A stretch of 64,000 bases of DNA from Actinomycetota bacterium (GTDB lineage Bacteria > Actinomycetota > Thermoleophilia > BMS3ABIN01), in the NCBI GenBank assembly GCA_016235065.1, contig JACRMB010000010.1, positions 6,281-70,280 of the forward strand, read 5' to 3'. Positions within the stretch are counted from its first letter, which is position 1. Every line of letters starts with the position of its first letter. Shown here piece after piece: positions 9,164-18,495 of this stretch. The notes under the pieces are model-generated. The model did not search any database, was not told where the DNA came from, and was given only the letters and a program-made list of their open reading frames with translations. Position numbers and translations under genes: made by a program.

Positions 9164-10138
9164 CTACTTCGCCAGCACTCCCAGCAGCTGCCACAGATCC
9201 AGGTCGAGCTGCTTGGTCTTCGCCGCGACTTCCTCCAGCGGGGTCAGGGCGATGCCGCCGTCGATCCAGCCTGCCAGCCGGCCGCTGCCGCCTCCAGCCA
9301 GGAACTCGACTGCCGCCGCTCCCAGCCGGCTCGCCAGTATCCGGTCGAAACTGGATGGCGCTCCACCGCGCTGTACGTGCCCAAGGATCGTGACCCTAAG
9401 TTCATAGCCGATCTCGTCCTCACGCGACCGGAAATATTCCATGCATCGCTGGGCGTTGTTACGGGCGCCGTCGGTGACGACAGCCAGCGCGTAGCGCTTG
9501 CCACGGGCGTGGGCCGCCGCCAGCTGCTGCTCCACCTCGGCGGGCTCGATATCGAACTCGGGCGTAACGATGACGTCGGCGCCCCCGGCCAGCCCCGCCG
9601 CCAGCGCCAGGTAGCCGCAGCTCTTCCCCATGACCTCGATGAGAAAAGCCCGGTGGTGCGACTCGGCGGTAGTGCGGATGCGGTCGATCGACTGGATTAT
9701 TATGTCGAGCGCCGTGTCGACGCCGATGGTGATGTCCGAGCCGTGGAGATCGTTGTCGACAGTGGAGGCGACCCCGGCCACAGCCAGTCCCATCCTGCCA
9801 AGCTCATGGGCGCCCGCCTGGGAGCCGTTGCCGCCGATGACGATCAGGCCATCGATGTTCTCGCGCCGCAGGTTCTCCACCGCCCGGCCCCTGGCAGCCT
9901 CGCTCTCGCGGAACTCCCGGCTGCGGGCCGTCCCCAGGAAGGTGCCGCCCAGGTGCAATATCTCGCTGACGTCACGGTTCCCCAGGGGGATGACGTCGCC
10001 TTCGATCAGGCCCTCGAAGCCGTTGCGGACCCCGAACATCTCCATGCCGATGTCGGTGCCCACCCGCACGATAGCCCGGACCGCCGCGTTCATCCCCGGC
10101 GCGTCGCCGCCACTGGTGACGACTGCTATGCGTTTCAT
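9164..10138 (-). CDS. pfkA: ATP-dependent 6-phosphofructokinase. Atypical GGNGS in place of GGDGS.
   Basis: 324 aa with MKRIAVVTSGGDAPGMNAA, TVDNDL and HVQRGG. GGAGG Shine-Dalgarno upstream. Confidence 0.9.
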   Translation of the reverse strand: MKRIAVVTSGGDAPGMNAAVRAIVRVGTDIGMEMFGVRNGFEGLIEGDVIPLGNRDVSEILHLGGTFLGTARSREFRESEAARGRAVENLRRENIDGLIVIGGNGSQAGAHELGRMGLAVAGVASTVDNDLHGSDITIGVDTALDIIIQSIDRIRTTAESHHRAFLIEVMGKSCGYLALAAGLAGGADVIVTPEFDIEPAEVEQQLAAAHARGKRYALAVVTDGARNNAQRCMEYFRSREDEIGYELRVTILGHVQRGGAPSSFDRILASRLGAAAVEFLAGGGSGRLAGWIDGGIALTPLEEVAAKTKQLDLDLWQLLGVLAK

Positions 10139-10186
10139 GAAAGGACCTCCAGGCTTACTGGCACGGACAGCCGGCGATCCGCCGGC

Positions 10187-10828
10187 CTAAAAACCATAAC
10201 TCGGCAGGAAGAGCTGGTAGATCGGCCGGATGACCGACGACAGCATATTGGTATTGAGCATCACGAGCAGCAGGAGCATAACGAACATCATCCCGTAGCG
10301 GTCGAGCTGCACCCATTTGATGTATGACTTCGGCGGCAGCAGCGCGCCGACGATGCGCGAGCCGTCAAGCGGCGGCACCGGGATCAGGTTGAACACCATA
10401 AGGATGACGTTCAGCTGGAAGATGCGGAAGATTGAGATCGGGATAAGCCCTTCCACCAGATCGGGATCCGGATAAAAGACGTTCAGCGCCAACGCCGCCA
10501 GCGCCGCCAGCAGCAGGTTGGCCGCGGGGCCGGCCATGCCGACCCACATCATCCCGTACTGATGCGACTTGAAGTATCCAGGATTGACCGGCACCGGCTT
10601 GGCCCAGCCGAAAAGCATGGCGCCATTCGAGAACAGGAATGTCACCGCCAGCATCAGTGTCCCCAGCGGATCGAGGTGCTGCAGGGGGTTGAGCGAGAGA
10701 CGCTTGAGGTTCTTCGCGGTCCTGTCGCCCAGCCGGTAGGCCATGTAGCCGTGCGATACCTCATGGAAGGTCATGGAAAAAAGCAGCACCGGCGCCGTGA
10801 CCGCCAGCTGCAAAAGCAGTTCACTCAT
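10187..10828 (-). CDS. Site-2 protease family (peptidase M50) membrane metalloprotease
   Basis: HEVSHGYMA HExxH motif within a multi-TM protein. GAGGGA Shine-Dalgarno upstream. Confidence 0.7.
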   Translation of the reverse strand: MSELLLQLAVTAPVLLFSMTFHEVSHGYMAYRLGDRTAKNLKRLSLNPLQHLDPLGTLMLAVTFLFSNGAMLFGWAKPVPVNPGYFKSHQYGMMWVGMAGPAANLLLAALAALALNVFYPDPDLVEGLIPISIFRIFQLNVILMVFNLIPVPPLDGSRIVGALLPPKSYIKWVQLDRYGMMFVMLLLLVMLNTNMLSSVIRPIYQLFLPSYGF

Positions 10829-10908
10829 TCTTGTTCCCTCTCGCTACTTCGATTAATTCCCGGAACCGGCCTGCCCCGCGGGCTCGCCGCTCCCGGCTGA
10901 ATTCCTGT

Positions 10909-13581
10909 TCATCCGCCTGATTCTGAATTCCTGTTCATCCGCCTGATTATCTGTTCCGCCGCGCGCATCTCAGAGTCCCTGCCATCCACCTTGCCCTCGA
11001 GCTTGAGCAGCTTCACCTGGGTGAGGACCTCCCCCACCTCCGGCGATTCCTTGAGGCCCAGCTCCAGCAGATCCTTGCCGCTGATGCCTAGTGAAGTATA
11101 GCGGAGCTCCCTGAGAAATAGTTCGATGGCATCGCGGGCGCTGCCCTCGCCGGCCTCGGCCCAGGCAAGCAGCAGGCCTTCAGCAGGCAGTCTCGCCAGC
11201 AGGTCATAAAGGTCAGGCCTGCTCATCTCGGAGCCCGCCATCCGCTCCAGCACCCTGCGGGCGAGGACGACGCCGCCGGCAATCACCGTGGCGTCGGAGT
11301 TGCGCAATTTCAGCCGCTCGGTCCAGCTGGCAAGCTGCTCCGGATCCAGCCGGCGGGCCATGCAGACCAGCCGCAGCCGCCAGAGACGGATCTCCTCGCG
11401 CATCCTCAACTCTTTGACAGCGCGGTCCGCCTGTGTTACCAGCTCAGCCGTCTCCGCGTCAGCCGCCAGCGACGGATGGATCGAGGGCGCGATGCCCAGC
11501 TCGCCGATCCGCTGGATCGAATGGCCGACCTCGGGCTCGGACAGCAGCCAGATCAGCTCATCGCGCAACCTGGCTGAGGAAAGGTCGCCGACCAGGTTCA
11601 TCTCGACGCAACCACGCGCCAGACCCAAAGTATGCGAGTTCATCCGGAAGCCCAGCCGGTTCTCGTAGCGGATAGCCCGGAAGATCCGGGTCGGGTCTTC
11701 GATAAAACTCAGGTTGTGCAGCACCCGGATGACCTTGTTCTCGATGTCGCGCAGGCCCCCGAAGAAATCGAGCAGCCGCCCGAAGTCATGGGCCGTCAGC
11801 GACACCGCCATGGCGTTGATAGTGAAATCGCGCCGGTAAAGATCGTGTTTGATGGAAGAATGTTCAACCGTAGGCAACGCCGCCGGGTAATCGTAGAATT
11901 CTGTGCGGGTCGTTGCCACATCCACCCGCAGCTCGGGCTGCACCTGGTCGAGCACCACCACGGCCGTATTGAATTTCTGATGTGCCCTGACGCGGCCACC
12001 CAGCGCCTTCGCCAGGTGCTCCGCGAAATCGATCCCGTCGCCCTCCACAGCTATGTCGATATCGTAATTGGGCTGGTCGAGGATCATGTCGCGGACGAAG
12101 CCGCCAACCAGATAAACACCGCGATAATCGGTACTGAGTTTCTGTACCGCTTCGAAAACCGGGGCGATGCTCGGGAGCGCCGCCAGCCGGTCGCGGAAGT
12201 CGGCCTCACGCAGGACTGTCTCGCCGATCCCCTCCTCGACCTCGCTGCTGTGCAAAGTCCTCAGCACATCGGAGCGCGTGACGATCCCCGTCACCTGGTC
12301 GACCGGCACCTCCCGCCGTCCCTCCAGGCCCGACTGCACCACCGGCAGGCGGCCGACGGCACTCTCGGCCATCAGGCGCCGCAGCTCGTGCACGGTCGTG
12401 TTTTCCGAGACGGTCCTGACACCGCGTGACATTATGCCCTTCACTGGCGCGTGCTTCAGCTTATGGCCTACCGCCTTGTCCAGGTCCTTGCGCGAGACGA
12501 TGCCCACAAGCATTTCCTTATCCCTGACACAGACGCCGCTGTGGCCGTAGCGCTGGCAGATCAGCAGCGCCTCGCCTATGGTCGTATGAGCCTCGACGAA
12601 ATAGACCGGATGAGACATGATATCTCGCGCTCGCAGGGGCTCCTCGAGCACGCCAGGCAGGCTTTCGACCAGCAGCTGATGCGTCTCTTCAAGGCTCCTG
12701 CCTTTGACCATGGCCGATGACGCCTGGCTGTGTCCGCCGCCGCCAAGCGGCGCCAGCGCCTTCGCCACATCCAGCAGCCGGCTCTTGCTGCGGCCGACTA
12801 CGAAGATCCGGTCCTCCATCTCCACCATGATTATCAAGGCCTGGCAGTCGGTGACGTCCATCATCTTATGGGCGACAACACTGAGGCCTTCAACATAACG
12901 GGGGCTTTGGAAAGAGGCGATAAACACTTCCACATCGCCGATGGTCGTCTGCTCCAGCTCGTCGATCAGCTGCAGCATCAGCTCCCGCTGCTCGTCGCTC
13001 AATGGATTATGGAGATACTTGCCGATCAGGCCCTGGCTTGCCCCCAGCCGCATGCACAGCGCGAGCGCCTCGGCGTCCCTCGGGGTGGTCGTGGGGAAGG
13101 TCAGCGATCCGGTATCCTCGTGGATGCCCAGGGCGAAGATGGTCGCCTCCAGCGGCGAGACCTCCAGGTGGCGGTCATGGATTATCTTCAGCATGGTCGT
13201 GACCAGCGAACCGTCACGGGAGAGCACATAGTTCTCGTCGGCGACAAAGACCGGTTTCTGGGAAAGGGAGCCCAGCCGGTGGTGGTCGAAGACGATCACC
13301 TCGACCTCTGGCGATGGACATATAGGCTCGAACTCGCCCAGGCGGCCGCAATGGATGGTATCGACGATGATCAGCCGCCGCACCTTGCCGAAATCGACCA
13401 TGGAGACGTCGACCGTGTCGATCTCGTCAGCATGGAGGTTATAGAACTCGCGGACATTGCGGTTCAGCGAGCCGGGGAAACAGATCTTGGCCTCGGGATA
13501 CAGCTTCGCGGCCGCCACCGAGGCGGCAAAGCCGTCGAAGTCGGTATTGGCGTGCGTGACTATGACTTCCGGGATATTCAT
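10909..13581 (-). CDS. Fusion protein of 890 aa: DHH/DHHA1 phosphoesterase + CBS pair + poly(A) polymerase / tRNA nucleotidyltransferase (CCA-adding-like) + HD-like C-terminal region
   Basis: N-terminal DHH-like HANTDFDG...FDHH. Two CBS-like segments. YLVGGFVRDMIL...DIDIA...RRDFTINAMA nucleotidyltransferase head motif. Confidence 0.8.
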   Translation of the reverse strand: MNIPEVIVTHANTDFDGFAASVAAAKLYPEAKICFPGSLNRNVREFYNLHADEIDTVDVSMVDFGKVRRLIIVDTIHCGRLGEFEPICPSPEVEVIVFDHHRLGSLSQKPVFVADENYVLSRDGSLVTTMLKIIHDRHLEVSPLEATIFALGIHEDTGSLTFPTTTPRDAEALALCMRLGASQGLIGKYLHNPLSDEQRELMLQLIDELEQTTIGDVEVFIASFQSPRYVEGLSVVAHKMMDVTDCQALIIMVEMEDRIFVVGRSKSRLLDVAKALAPLGGGGHSQASSAMVKGRSLEETHQLLVESLPGVLEEPLRARDIMSHPVYFVEAHTTIGEALLICQRYGHSGVCVRDKEMLVGIVSRKDLDKAVGHKLKHAPVKGIMSRGVRTVSENTTVHELRRLMAESAVGRLPVVQSGLEGRREVPVDQVTGIVTRSDVLRTLHSSEVEEGIGETVLREADFRDRLAALPSIAPVFEAVQKLSTDYRGVYLVGGFVRDMILDQPNYDIDIAVEGDGIDFAEHLAKALGGRVRAHQKFNTAVVVLDQVQPELRVDVATTRTEFYDYPAALPTVEHSSIKHDLYRRDFTINAMAVSLTAHDFGRLLDFFGGLRDIENKVIRVLHNLSFIEDPTRIFRAIRYENRLGFRMNSHTLGLARGCVEMNLVGDLSSARLRDELIWLLSEPEVGHSIQRIGELGIAPSIHPSLAADAETAELVTQADRAVKELRMREEIRLWRLRLVCMARRLDPEQLASWTERLKLRNSDATVIAGGVVLARRVLERMAGSEMSRPDLYDLLARLPAEGLLLAWAEAGEGSARDAIELFLRELRYTSLGISGKDLLELGLKESPEVGEVLTQVKLLKLEGKVDGRDSEMRAAEQIIRRMNRNSESGG

Positions 13582-13692
13582 AAAACCTCGGGGGAAGTTG
13601 CCGGACTTTAGGAACTACCGCTCTAATTACCCATCCGCGGTCAAAATGTCACGGATTTAGTTCCTGAGGTTCAGCAACGTCCCCCGGATTAT

Positions 13693-14739
13693 TTACGCGA
13701 AGAACGTCTGCGCCAGGTCCCAGAACTCCTGCCTAACGACCTTGCGCTCGCCCACCGCGACCTCGAGCGGTACGGCCACTATCGCGTCGCCCTGCAGCGC
13801 AGCCATAAGGCCGAACTCCTCAGCCTGCACCATTTCGGCGGCCTTTGCCCCGTAGCGGGTCGCCAGGATGCGGTCGTGAGCAGTCGGAGTGCCGCCGCGC
13901 TGGATATGCCCCAGAACGGTCGCCCGGGTCTCGAAACCGGTTCGGCGCTCGATCTCCTTGGCCAGCAGGTTGGCGACGCCTCCCAGCTTGACGTTGCCGA
14001 ACGCGTCGACCTCGTCGGACTGGGTGACCATCTGCTCCTCGCCTTCCTTGGTGACCAGCTTCGCGCCTTCGCTGACAGCGACGATGCTGAAGTTCTTGCT
14101 GCCCGACTGGCGGCGGCGGATGATATCGCAGGCCTCCTCGACGGAGACATCATATTCAGGGATTAGGATGACATCGGCGCCGCCGGCGATACCGGCCATG
14201 ATCGTTATCCAGCCGGTGTGCCGGCCCATGATCTCCACGACGATGACGCGGTCGTGGGATTCCGCGGTCGTGTGCAGCCGGTCGATGTTCTCGGTCGCGA
14301 TCTGCACGGCGGTGTCGAAGCCGAAAGTGTAGTCGGTCCCGGAAAGGTCGTTGTCGATCGTCTTGGGCACGCCCACCATGTTGAGCGCGTATTTGCCATG
14401 GAGCTGGTTGGCCACGCCCAGGGTGTCGTCGCCGCCGATGGCGATGGTCGCCCAGATCTCATTCTGCCGCAGGTTGTCGACCAGCAGCTCGACGCCGCCT
14501 TCGGTCTTCATGGGATTGGTACGGGAGGTCCCCAGGATGGTGCCGCCGCGATGCAGGATACCTGAGATAGTATTTATGTCAAGAGTCATGTAATCGTTCT
14601 CGAGCAGGCCCCGCCAGCCGCCGTGGACGCCGACCATCTCGTAGCCGGCCCGGGTGAGCTTGAGGGTGGCCGCGCGGATGACCGCGTTGAGTCCAGGGCA
14701 GTCGCCGCCGCCGGTAAGGATCGCAACCTTCTTCGCCAT
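13693..14739 (-). CDS. pfp: 6-phosphofructokinase with pyrophosphate-dependent signatures (GGDD, PKTIDND)
   Basis: MAKKVAILTGGGDCPGLNA start at the ATG at 14739, with GGAGG upstream. The track's ORF extends to 14940. IGGDDTL and VPKTIDNDL are present. Confidence 0.85.
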   Translation of the reverse strand: MAKKVAILTGGGDCPGLNAVIRAATLKLTRAGYEMVGVHGGWRGLLENDYMTLDINTISGILHRGGTILGTSRTNPMKTEGGVELLVDNLRQNEIWATIAIGGDDTLGVANQLHGKYALNMVGVPKTIDNDLSGTDYTFGFDTAVQIATENIDRLHTTAESHDRVIVVEIMGRHTGWITIMAGIAGGADVILIPEYDVSVEEACDIIRRRQSGSKNFSIVAVSEGAKLVTKEGEEQMVTQSDEVDAFGNVKLGGVANLLAKEIERRTGFETRATVLGHIQRGGTPTAHDRILATRYGAKAAEMVQAEEFGLMAALQGDAIVAVPLEVAVGERKVVRQEFWDLAQTFFA

Positions 14740-14964
14740 CAGAAAACCTCCATTTTGCCGTGGGTTGATCTGCATGAGGTCAGGCCCCGCGGCGCGATGG
14801 CACCAGCCAACGGCGAGACGGAACCAACCAGTAATTGACAAGGGGAATAATATCTTGTGCGCGGAAGGAACGAAACCCGGGATCCTGATCGGGCGGCGAT
14901 CACCGGAACCGGTATATGGACAACCGGGTCCTGCCGGCATGGCCGACCGGATACTGCGGGAAGG

Positions 14965-15162
14965 CTAGCAGAGGGTTAGTTGCTCCGTGGTCATGTCGTT
15001 ACGCGCGGCGATCACTGCCCTGTCGAAAGTCTTCAGACAGTTGCTGCAGATAAAACCATTCCGTTTTTCTGACCAGGAAACGGTGGCCTTTTTATGGCAG
15101 CAATGACATGGGAAGCTGGCCGAGCTGTGTGTTTTTTCAAGTGAGTCGGTCATGGCGATCAT
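14965..15162 (-). CDS. Small zinc-ribbon protein, possibly YacG-like
   Basis: 65 aa. CHCC-HKKATVSW...FICSNC looks like the YacG pattern C-x2-C-x-K-x-V-x-W...F-C-S-x2-C. Weak ribosome-binding site. Confidence 0.35.
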   Translation of the reverse strand: MIAMTDSLEKTHSSASFPCHCCHKKATVSWSEKRNGFICSNCLKTFDRAVIAARNDMTTEQLTLC

Positions 15163-15366
15163 TATACATATTCCCCGGCGAGCCAGGCTTACCTGCGGAA
15201 TGGGGGCGGGTATCGAGACCCGGTCCTGCTAAAAACCCGCTACACCAGCGTAATCCGGTAGCCCGCAAATCTCATTGCACAAAAATCCGAGCATAATAGT
15301 CAGGTTTTATAAGCAAACCTGATAGCATCTGCCACACTCTCGCATAACCCGCATGGCTTCCATCTA

Positions 15367-15394
15367 TTGAAATGTATGCATATGTGCGTACAAT
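15367..15394 (+). promoter_or_regulatory. Sigma70-like promoter (TTGAAA, 16-nt spacer, TACAAT)
   Basis: -35 TTGAAA at 15367-15372 and -10 TACAAT at 15389-15394, in an AT-rich intergenic region. Confidence 0.35.
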
Positions 15395-15400
15395 GGTTGT

Positions 15401-15636
15401 ATTAGCCTCACTGAAGGGTAAAGCTCACCTTCCTTGAGGACGATTCATTTTATGAAGCAGCAAACAGCCGAGAGCTGTTTCTGCTTCGTGATTTGCTCGC
15501 GCGGGTAAGAGAGACCAGCGCAGAACGACAGCCATGTGCCGTAAAATGTCTTCGTCTGTGAATCCCGCCCTCCACAGGTGGACGTGCGAGCAAGTATTTC
15601 AAGAGCCGCCCGCAAGGGCGGCTCTTTTCTTTTTGG
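15401..15636 (+). ncRNA. Candidate small RNA of about 235 nt, unknown family, between the predicted promoter and an intrinsic terminator
   Basis: No plausible plus-strand CDS. It contains a 17-codon Cys-rich ORF (MKQQTAESCFCFVICSRG) and ends at a strong terminator. Confidence 0.3.
15602..15636 (+). terminator. Intrinsic terminator
   Basis: agagccgccc-gcaa-gggcggctct followed by ttttctttttgg. Confidence 0.6.
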
Positions 15637-15769
15637 ACTGCAGATAACGCCATATTCAATTCCATCAAAAGCTAGGCAAAGCCGTAGCTGTGTTGATTAC
15701 AAACAATACGCGAGACAGGCTGATTGACAAACACCTTTCTGCCCGCCGCCACGGATCCGTCAATACTGG

Positions 15770-15801
15770 AAAAAAAAGAACCGCCTCCTGGGCAGTTCTT
15801 T
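15770..15801 (-). terminator. Intrinsic terminator of rpmF
   Basis: Minus strand agaactgcc-cagga-ggcggttct followed by U8. Confidence 0.5.
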
Positions 15802-15849
15802 TAAGACACATCAATATTTAGATCAGGGGCAGCCGAGGGCTGCCAGGTC

Positions 15850-16029
15850 TTACTCCTCGAAGGCTATGACCTCACGGCCCTTATAAGTACCGCAGACCGG
15901 GCAGACCCGGTGCGGCTGCTTGGGGCTATGGCACTGGGGGCACGTGTTGATCGTCGGGGCGGTCAGACTGTCGTGCGCCCGGCGCTGGTCCCGCCTAGCT
16001 TTGGAAGTTTTTCTCTTGGGTACGGCCAT
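15850..16029 (-). CDS. rpmF: 50S ribosomal protein L32
   Basis: Manual translation gives [59 protein letters not shown]. It is below the ORF track's 60-aa cutoff. Confidence 0.9.
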   Translation of the reverse strand: MAVPKRKTSKARRDQRRAHDSLTAPTINTCPQCHSPKQPHRVCPVCGTYKGREVIAFEE

Positions 16030-16099
16030 TTGTGGTTACCTCTTTCTATTTACCAAGGATGTAGAATAGCGGAACCAGCCTGTAAAGTAAAACCAAAAG

Positions 16100-16648
16100 C
16101 TACTCCGGCTTCCAGTCCCTCAGCTTCTCCCACCTGAAATCCGCGGGCGGCTCGCAGCCGCATTCCACCAGGTTGCGGTTGCCGCCACAGTGCGGGCAAA
16201 GCCCCTTGCAGGCGAGTTCGCAAAGGATCTTCGGCGGCAGCAGCTCCGCGACCGCGTCATGAGCCCAGTGGGAAAGGTTGAGCACTCCGTCTTCCTTGTA
16301 CCAGAGGGTCGGTTCGTCCTCTTCGCCCATCTCCTCGATAGGCGGCAGCTCGGCCTCGAAGAAGTCCTCGACAGTCACATCCAGATCGAGGTCTGCCGGC
16401 TCCAGGCAGCGCCAGCAGGCGCCATCGAGCCGGCAGGTAAACGACATCTTCACGTTATAGCCCCGGCCGACGTCGATCACCTTGATGACCGCCGGCACGA
16501 CATCAGGGACAAATCCATAGTCCTGCCCCGCCAGATGCAGCGGCGGCAGCCTTACATCCATCTCGAAGATCAGAGGATCGCCCGGTTCGAGGGGAAGCGA
16601 GGAAAGATCAAGGGTGGTCAGGGTATTGTCAGTCAAGGGAAACTCCAT
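16100..16648 (-). CDS. yceD: YceD/DUF177 family protein (large-subunit rRNA accumulation protein)
   Basis: Directly upstream of rpmF. Acidic protein with a C-terminal Cys cluster (CPHCGGN...CGC). Confidence 0.8.
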   Translation of the reverse strand: MEFPLTDNTLTTLDLSSLPLEPGDPLIFEMDVRLPPLHLAGQDYGFVPDVVPAVIKVIDVGRGYNVKMSFTCRLDGACWRCLEPADLDLDVTVEDFFEAELPPIEEMGEEDEPTLWYKEDGVLNLSHWAHDAVAELLPPKILCELACKGLCPHCGGNRNLVECGCEPPADFRWEKLRDWKPE

Positions 16649-16753
16649 TGGATACCGGCCGGAGCCAGTCGGGATTACGGGGTCGAATCGAACAGGCGCT
16701 CATATCGGTCCGCAGCCGGAATCCTCCGGCCTGCGGGCACCGCTCTTGAACCT

Positions 16754-17278
16754 TCAGTCTTCGGTGCGGATCTCCTCAGCGCCCTCTTCCAGCTCACTCT
16801 TGCCCTGCAGCCGCTCGCGGCCTCGCTGTACCGCCGCCAGGAACTTGCCCAGGTTCGTCTCCAGCGTCTCCAGCACCTCGTCGGCGTAATCCTCGGCGCC
16901 CAGGCGGATCTCCCGCTCGCGGGCACGCGCGTCTTCCATGATCGAGGCGGCGTTACGCTCGGCCATCTTGACGACTTCCTGCTCGGATACCAGCCGTTCG
17001 GCCTGGTCATTGGCTTCCTTGATGATGCGGTCGCTCTCGGTCTTGGCCTCGGCGAGCATCTCCTGGCGCTCCTTGACGATCCAGCGCGCCTGCTTGATCT
17101 CTTCGGGGATCGTGGTCCGCATCTGGTCGAGGATGTCGTAGATCTCCTCACGATCGATCATGACCTTGTCGGTCATCGGCATCGGCCGGGCGTTGTTCAC
17201 TATCTCATCTAGTTTGTCTATCAGTACCAGTACGTCCACTTTTGCCTCCAGTGTTCCTGGTTTTTCGTTGTCGGTCAC
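16754..17278 (-). CDS. Coiled-coil hypothetical protein
   Basis: 174 aa, highly charged, with heptad-like repeats. It occupies the ylbJ-M position between coaD and yceD. Confidence 0.55.
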   Translation of the reverse strand: MTDNEKPGTLEAKVDVLVLIDKLDEIVNNARPMPMTDKVMIDREEIYDILDQMRTTIPEEIKQARWIVKERQEMLAEAKTESDRIIKEANDQAERLVSEQEVVKMAERNAASIMEDARAREREIRLGAEDYADEVLETLETNLGKFLAAVQRGRERLQGKSELEEGAEEIRTED

Positions 17279-17317
17279 CTGCGGCGCCGCTCCGCGCCTG
17301 CCGGCGCACCCGGGCGC

Positions 17318-17815
17318 TTACTTCAATAACTCGGCAAAGCGCCTGGCCACTACCGCGGGTACCAGGTCATCCACCTTGCCGCCGAATCTTGCCACTTCTT
17401 TTACGCCGCTGGAACTCAAAAAGCTGTACTCCGGCGACGCCATCAAGTAAACAGTTTCTAGGTCCGGGGCCAGTTTCCTGTTCAGCTGCGCCATCTGGAA
17501 CTCGTACTCGAAGTCACTGATGGCCCTGAGCCCCTTCACGAGCGCCTTGGCGCCATACTTGTGGGCAAAATCCACAAGCAGTGTATCAAAAAGCACGACC
17601 TCGATATTACCCGCTTGCCCGGAAAGCGAATCTTCGAGGAAGGAAACCCGCTCCTCGGCGCTGAACATCGTGTCCTTGCGGGGCGATGAAGCCACCACAC
17701 CCACGATCACGCGCTCGAACAGCTCCGAAGCCCTCCTGATGATATCAAGGTGCCCTTCAGTGACCGGGTCGTAGGTCCCGGGGCAGACAGCGGTGGTGTT
17801 GGTGTGATCAGTCAT
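17318..17815 (-). CDS. coaD: Phosphopantetheine adenylyltransferase
   Basis: AVCPGTYDPVTEGHLDII nucleotidyltransferase motif, 165 aa. Confidence 0.9.
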   Translation of the reverse strand: MTDHTNTTAVCPGTYDPVTEGHLDIIRRASELFERVIVGVVASSPRKDTMFSAEERVSFLEDSLSGQAGNIEVVLFDTLLVDFAHKYGAKALVKGLRAISDFEYEFQMAQLNRKLAPDLETVYLMASPEYSFLSSSGVKEVARFGGKVDDLVPAVVARRFAELLK

Positions 17816-17873
17816 CCTTATTCAGGTGGAACTCTATCAAATCTTACATTAACAGGGATTATCTGACGGAGGA

Positions 17874-18419
17874 TCAAAGCAGCTCATCCGAGACAAAGAT
17901 GCGAATCCGCGTATCGCCGTATTTTTTATCGGTGACAAGTTCCAGCGGCAGGGAAACGTCTTCACGGGAATCACTCTCGACTACCACCCTCCCCCCGGGC
18001 GCCAGAATCCGCGGTAGCCATCGGCTGAGTTCCGGCTTGATAACGCGGTGCATTCTATAGGGGGGGTCTACGAAAATCAAATCATAACGCTCGCCCTTTT
18101 TGGCTGCTTGCTTGAGGATTAACAGGTAATCGCGGCGAACCGCGCGTACGCCCTCCAGCCTGAGTTTCGCCATGTTTTTATGGATAGCCGCCGCCGCGGC
18201 GACACCGCTGTCGGCCAACAGAGCCGCCGCCGCGCCGCGGCTCACCGCCTCCAGCCCCAGCGCCCCGCTGCCGGCAAAGAGATCCAGCACTTCGAGGCCG
18301 CTGACATCGCCGAGCATATTGAATATCGCCCCGCGGACCTTGTCCGCCGTCGGCCGGGTATGGCTGCCTTTCGGAGCCGCTATGATCGTGCCTTTGCATT
18401 TACCGGCGATTATCCGCAT
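17874..18419 (-). CDS. rsmD: 16S rRNA (guanine966-N2)-methyltransferase
   Basis: MRIIAGKCKG start (ATG 18419). DLFAGSGALGLEA and DPPY motifs. Confidence 0.85.
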   Translation of the reverse strand: MRIIAGKCKGTIIAAPKGSHTRPTADKVRGAIFNMLGDVSGLEVLDLFAGSGALGLEAVSRGAAAALLADSGVAAAAAIHKNMAKLRLEGVRAVRRDYLLILKQAAKKGERYDLIFVDPPYRMHRVIKPELSRWLPRILAPGGRVVVESDSREDVSLPLELVTDKKYGDTRIRIFVSDELL

Positions 18420-18495
18420 GACCCCTGGGGGACGTTGATAGAATCGAGGAACCCGCGTTTCCTCCCTAATGCAATCTCCGGACGATTCACCGCTC

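Noticed and set aside
9095-10327. 410-aa plus-strand ORF
   Set aside because: It is entirely antisense to the well-supported pfkA gene. It has an Arg/Pro/Gly-rich low-complexity translation typical of high-GC antisense frames.
13779-14332. Several 100-150 aa ORFs on both strands inside the pfp region
   Set aside because: They overlap the PPi-PFK gene in other frames. Ser/Arg/Ala-rich artifacts.
14740-14940. 67-codon N-terminal extension of the pfp ORF
   Set aside because: MAKKVAILTGGGD with GGAGG upstream is the canonical PFK N-terminus. The extension has no homology-like features.
16190-17212. 340-aa plus-strand ORF
   Set aside because: Antisense, spanning yceD and the coiled-coil gene. 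Composition artifact.
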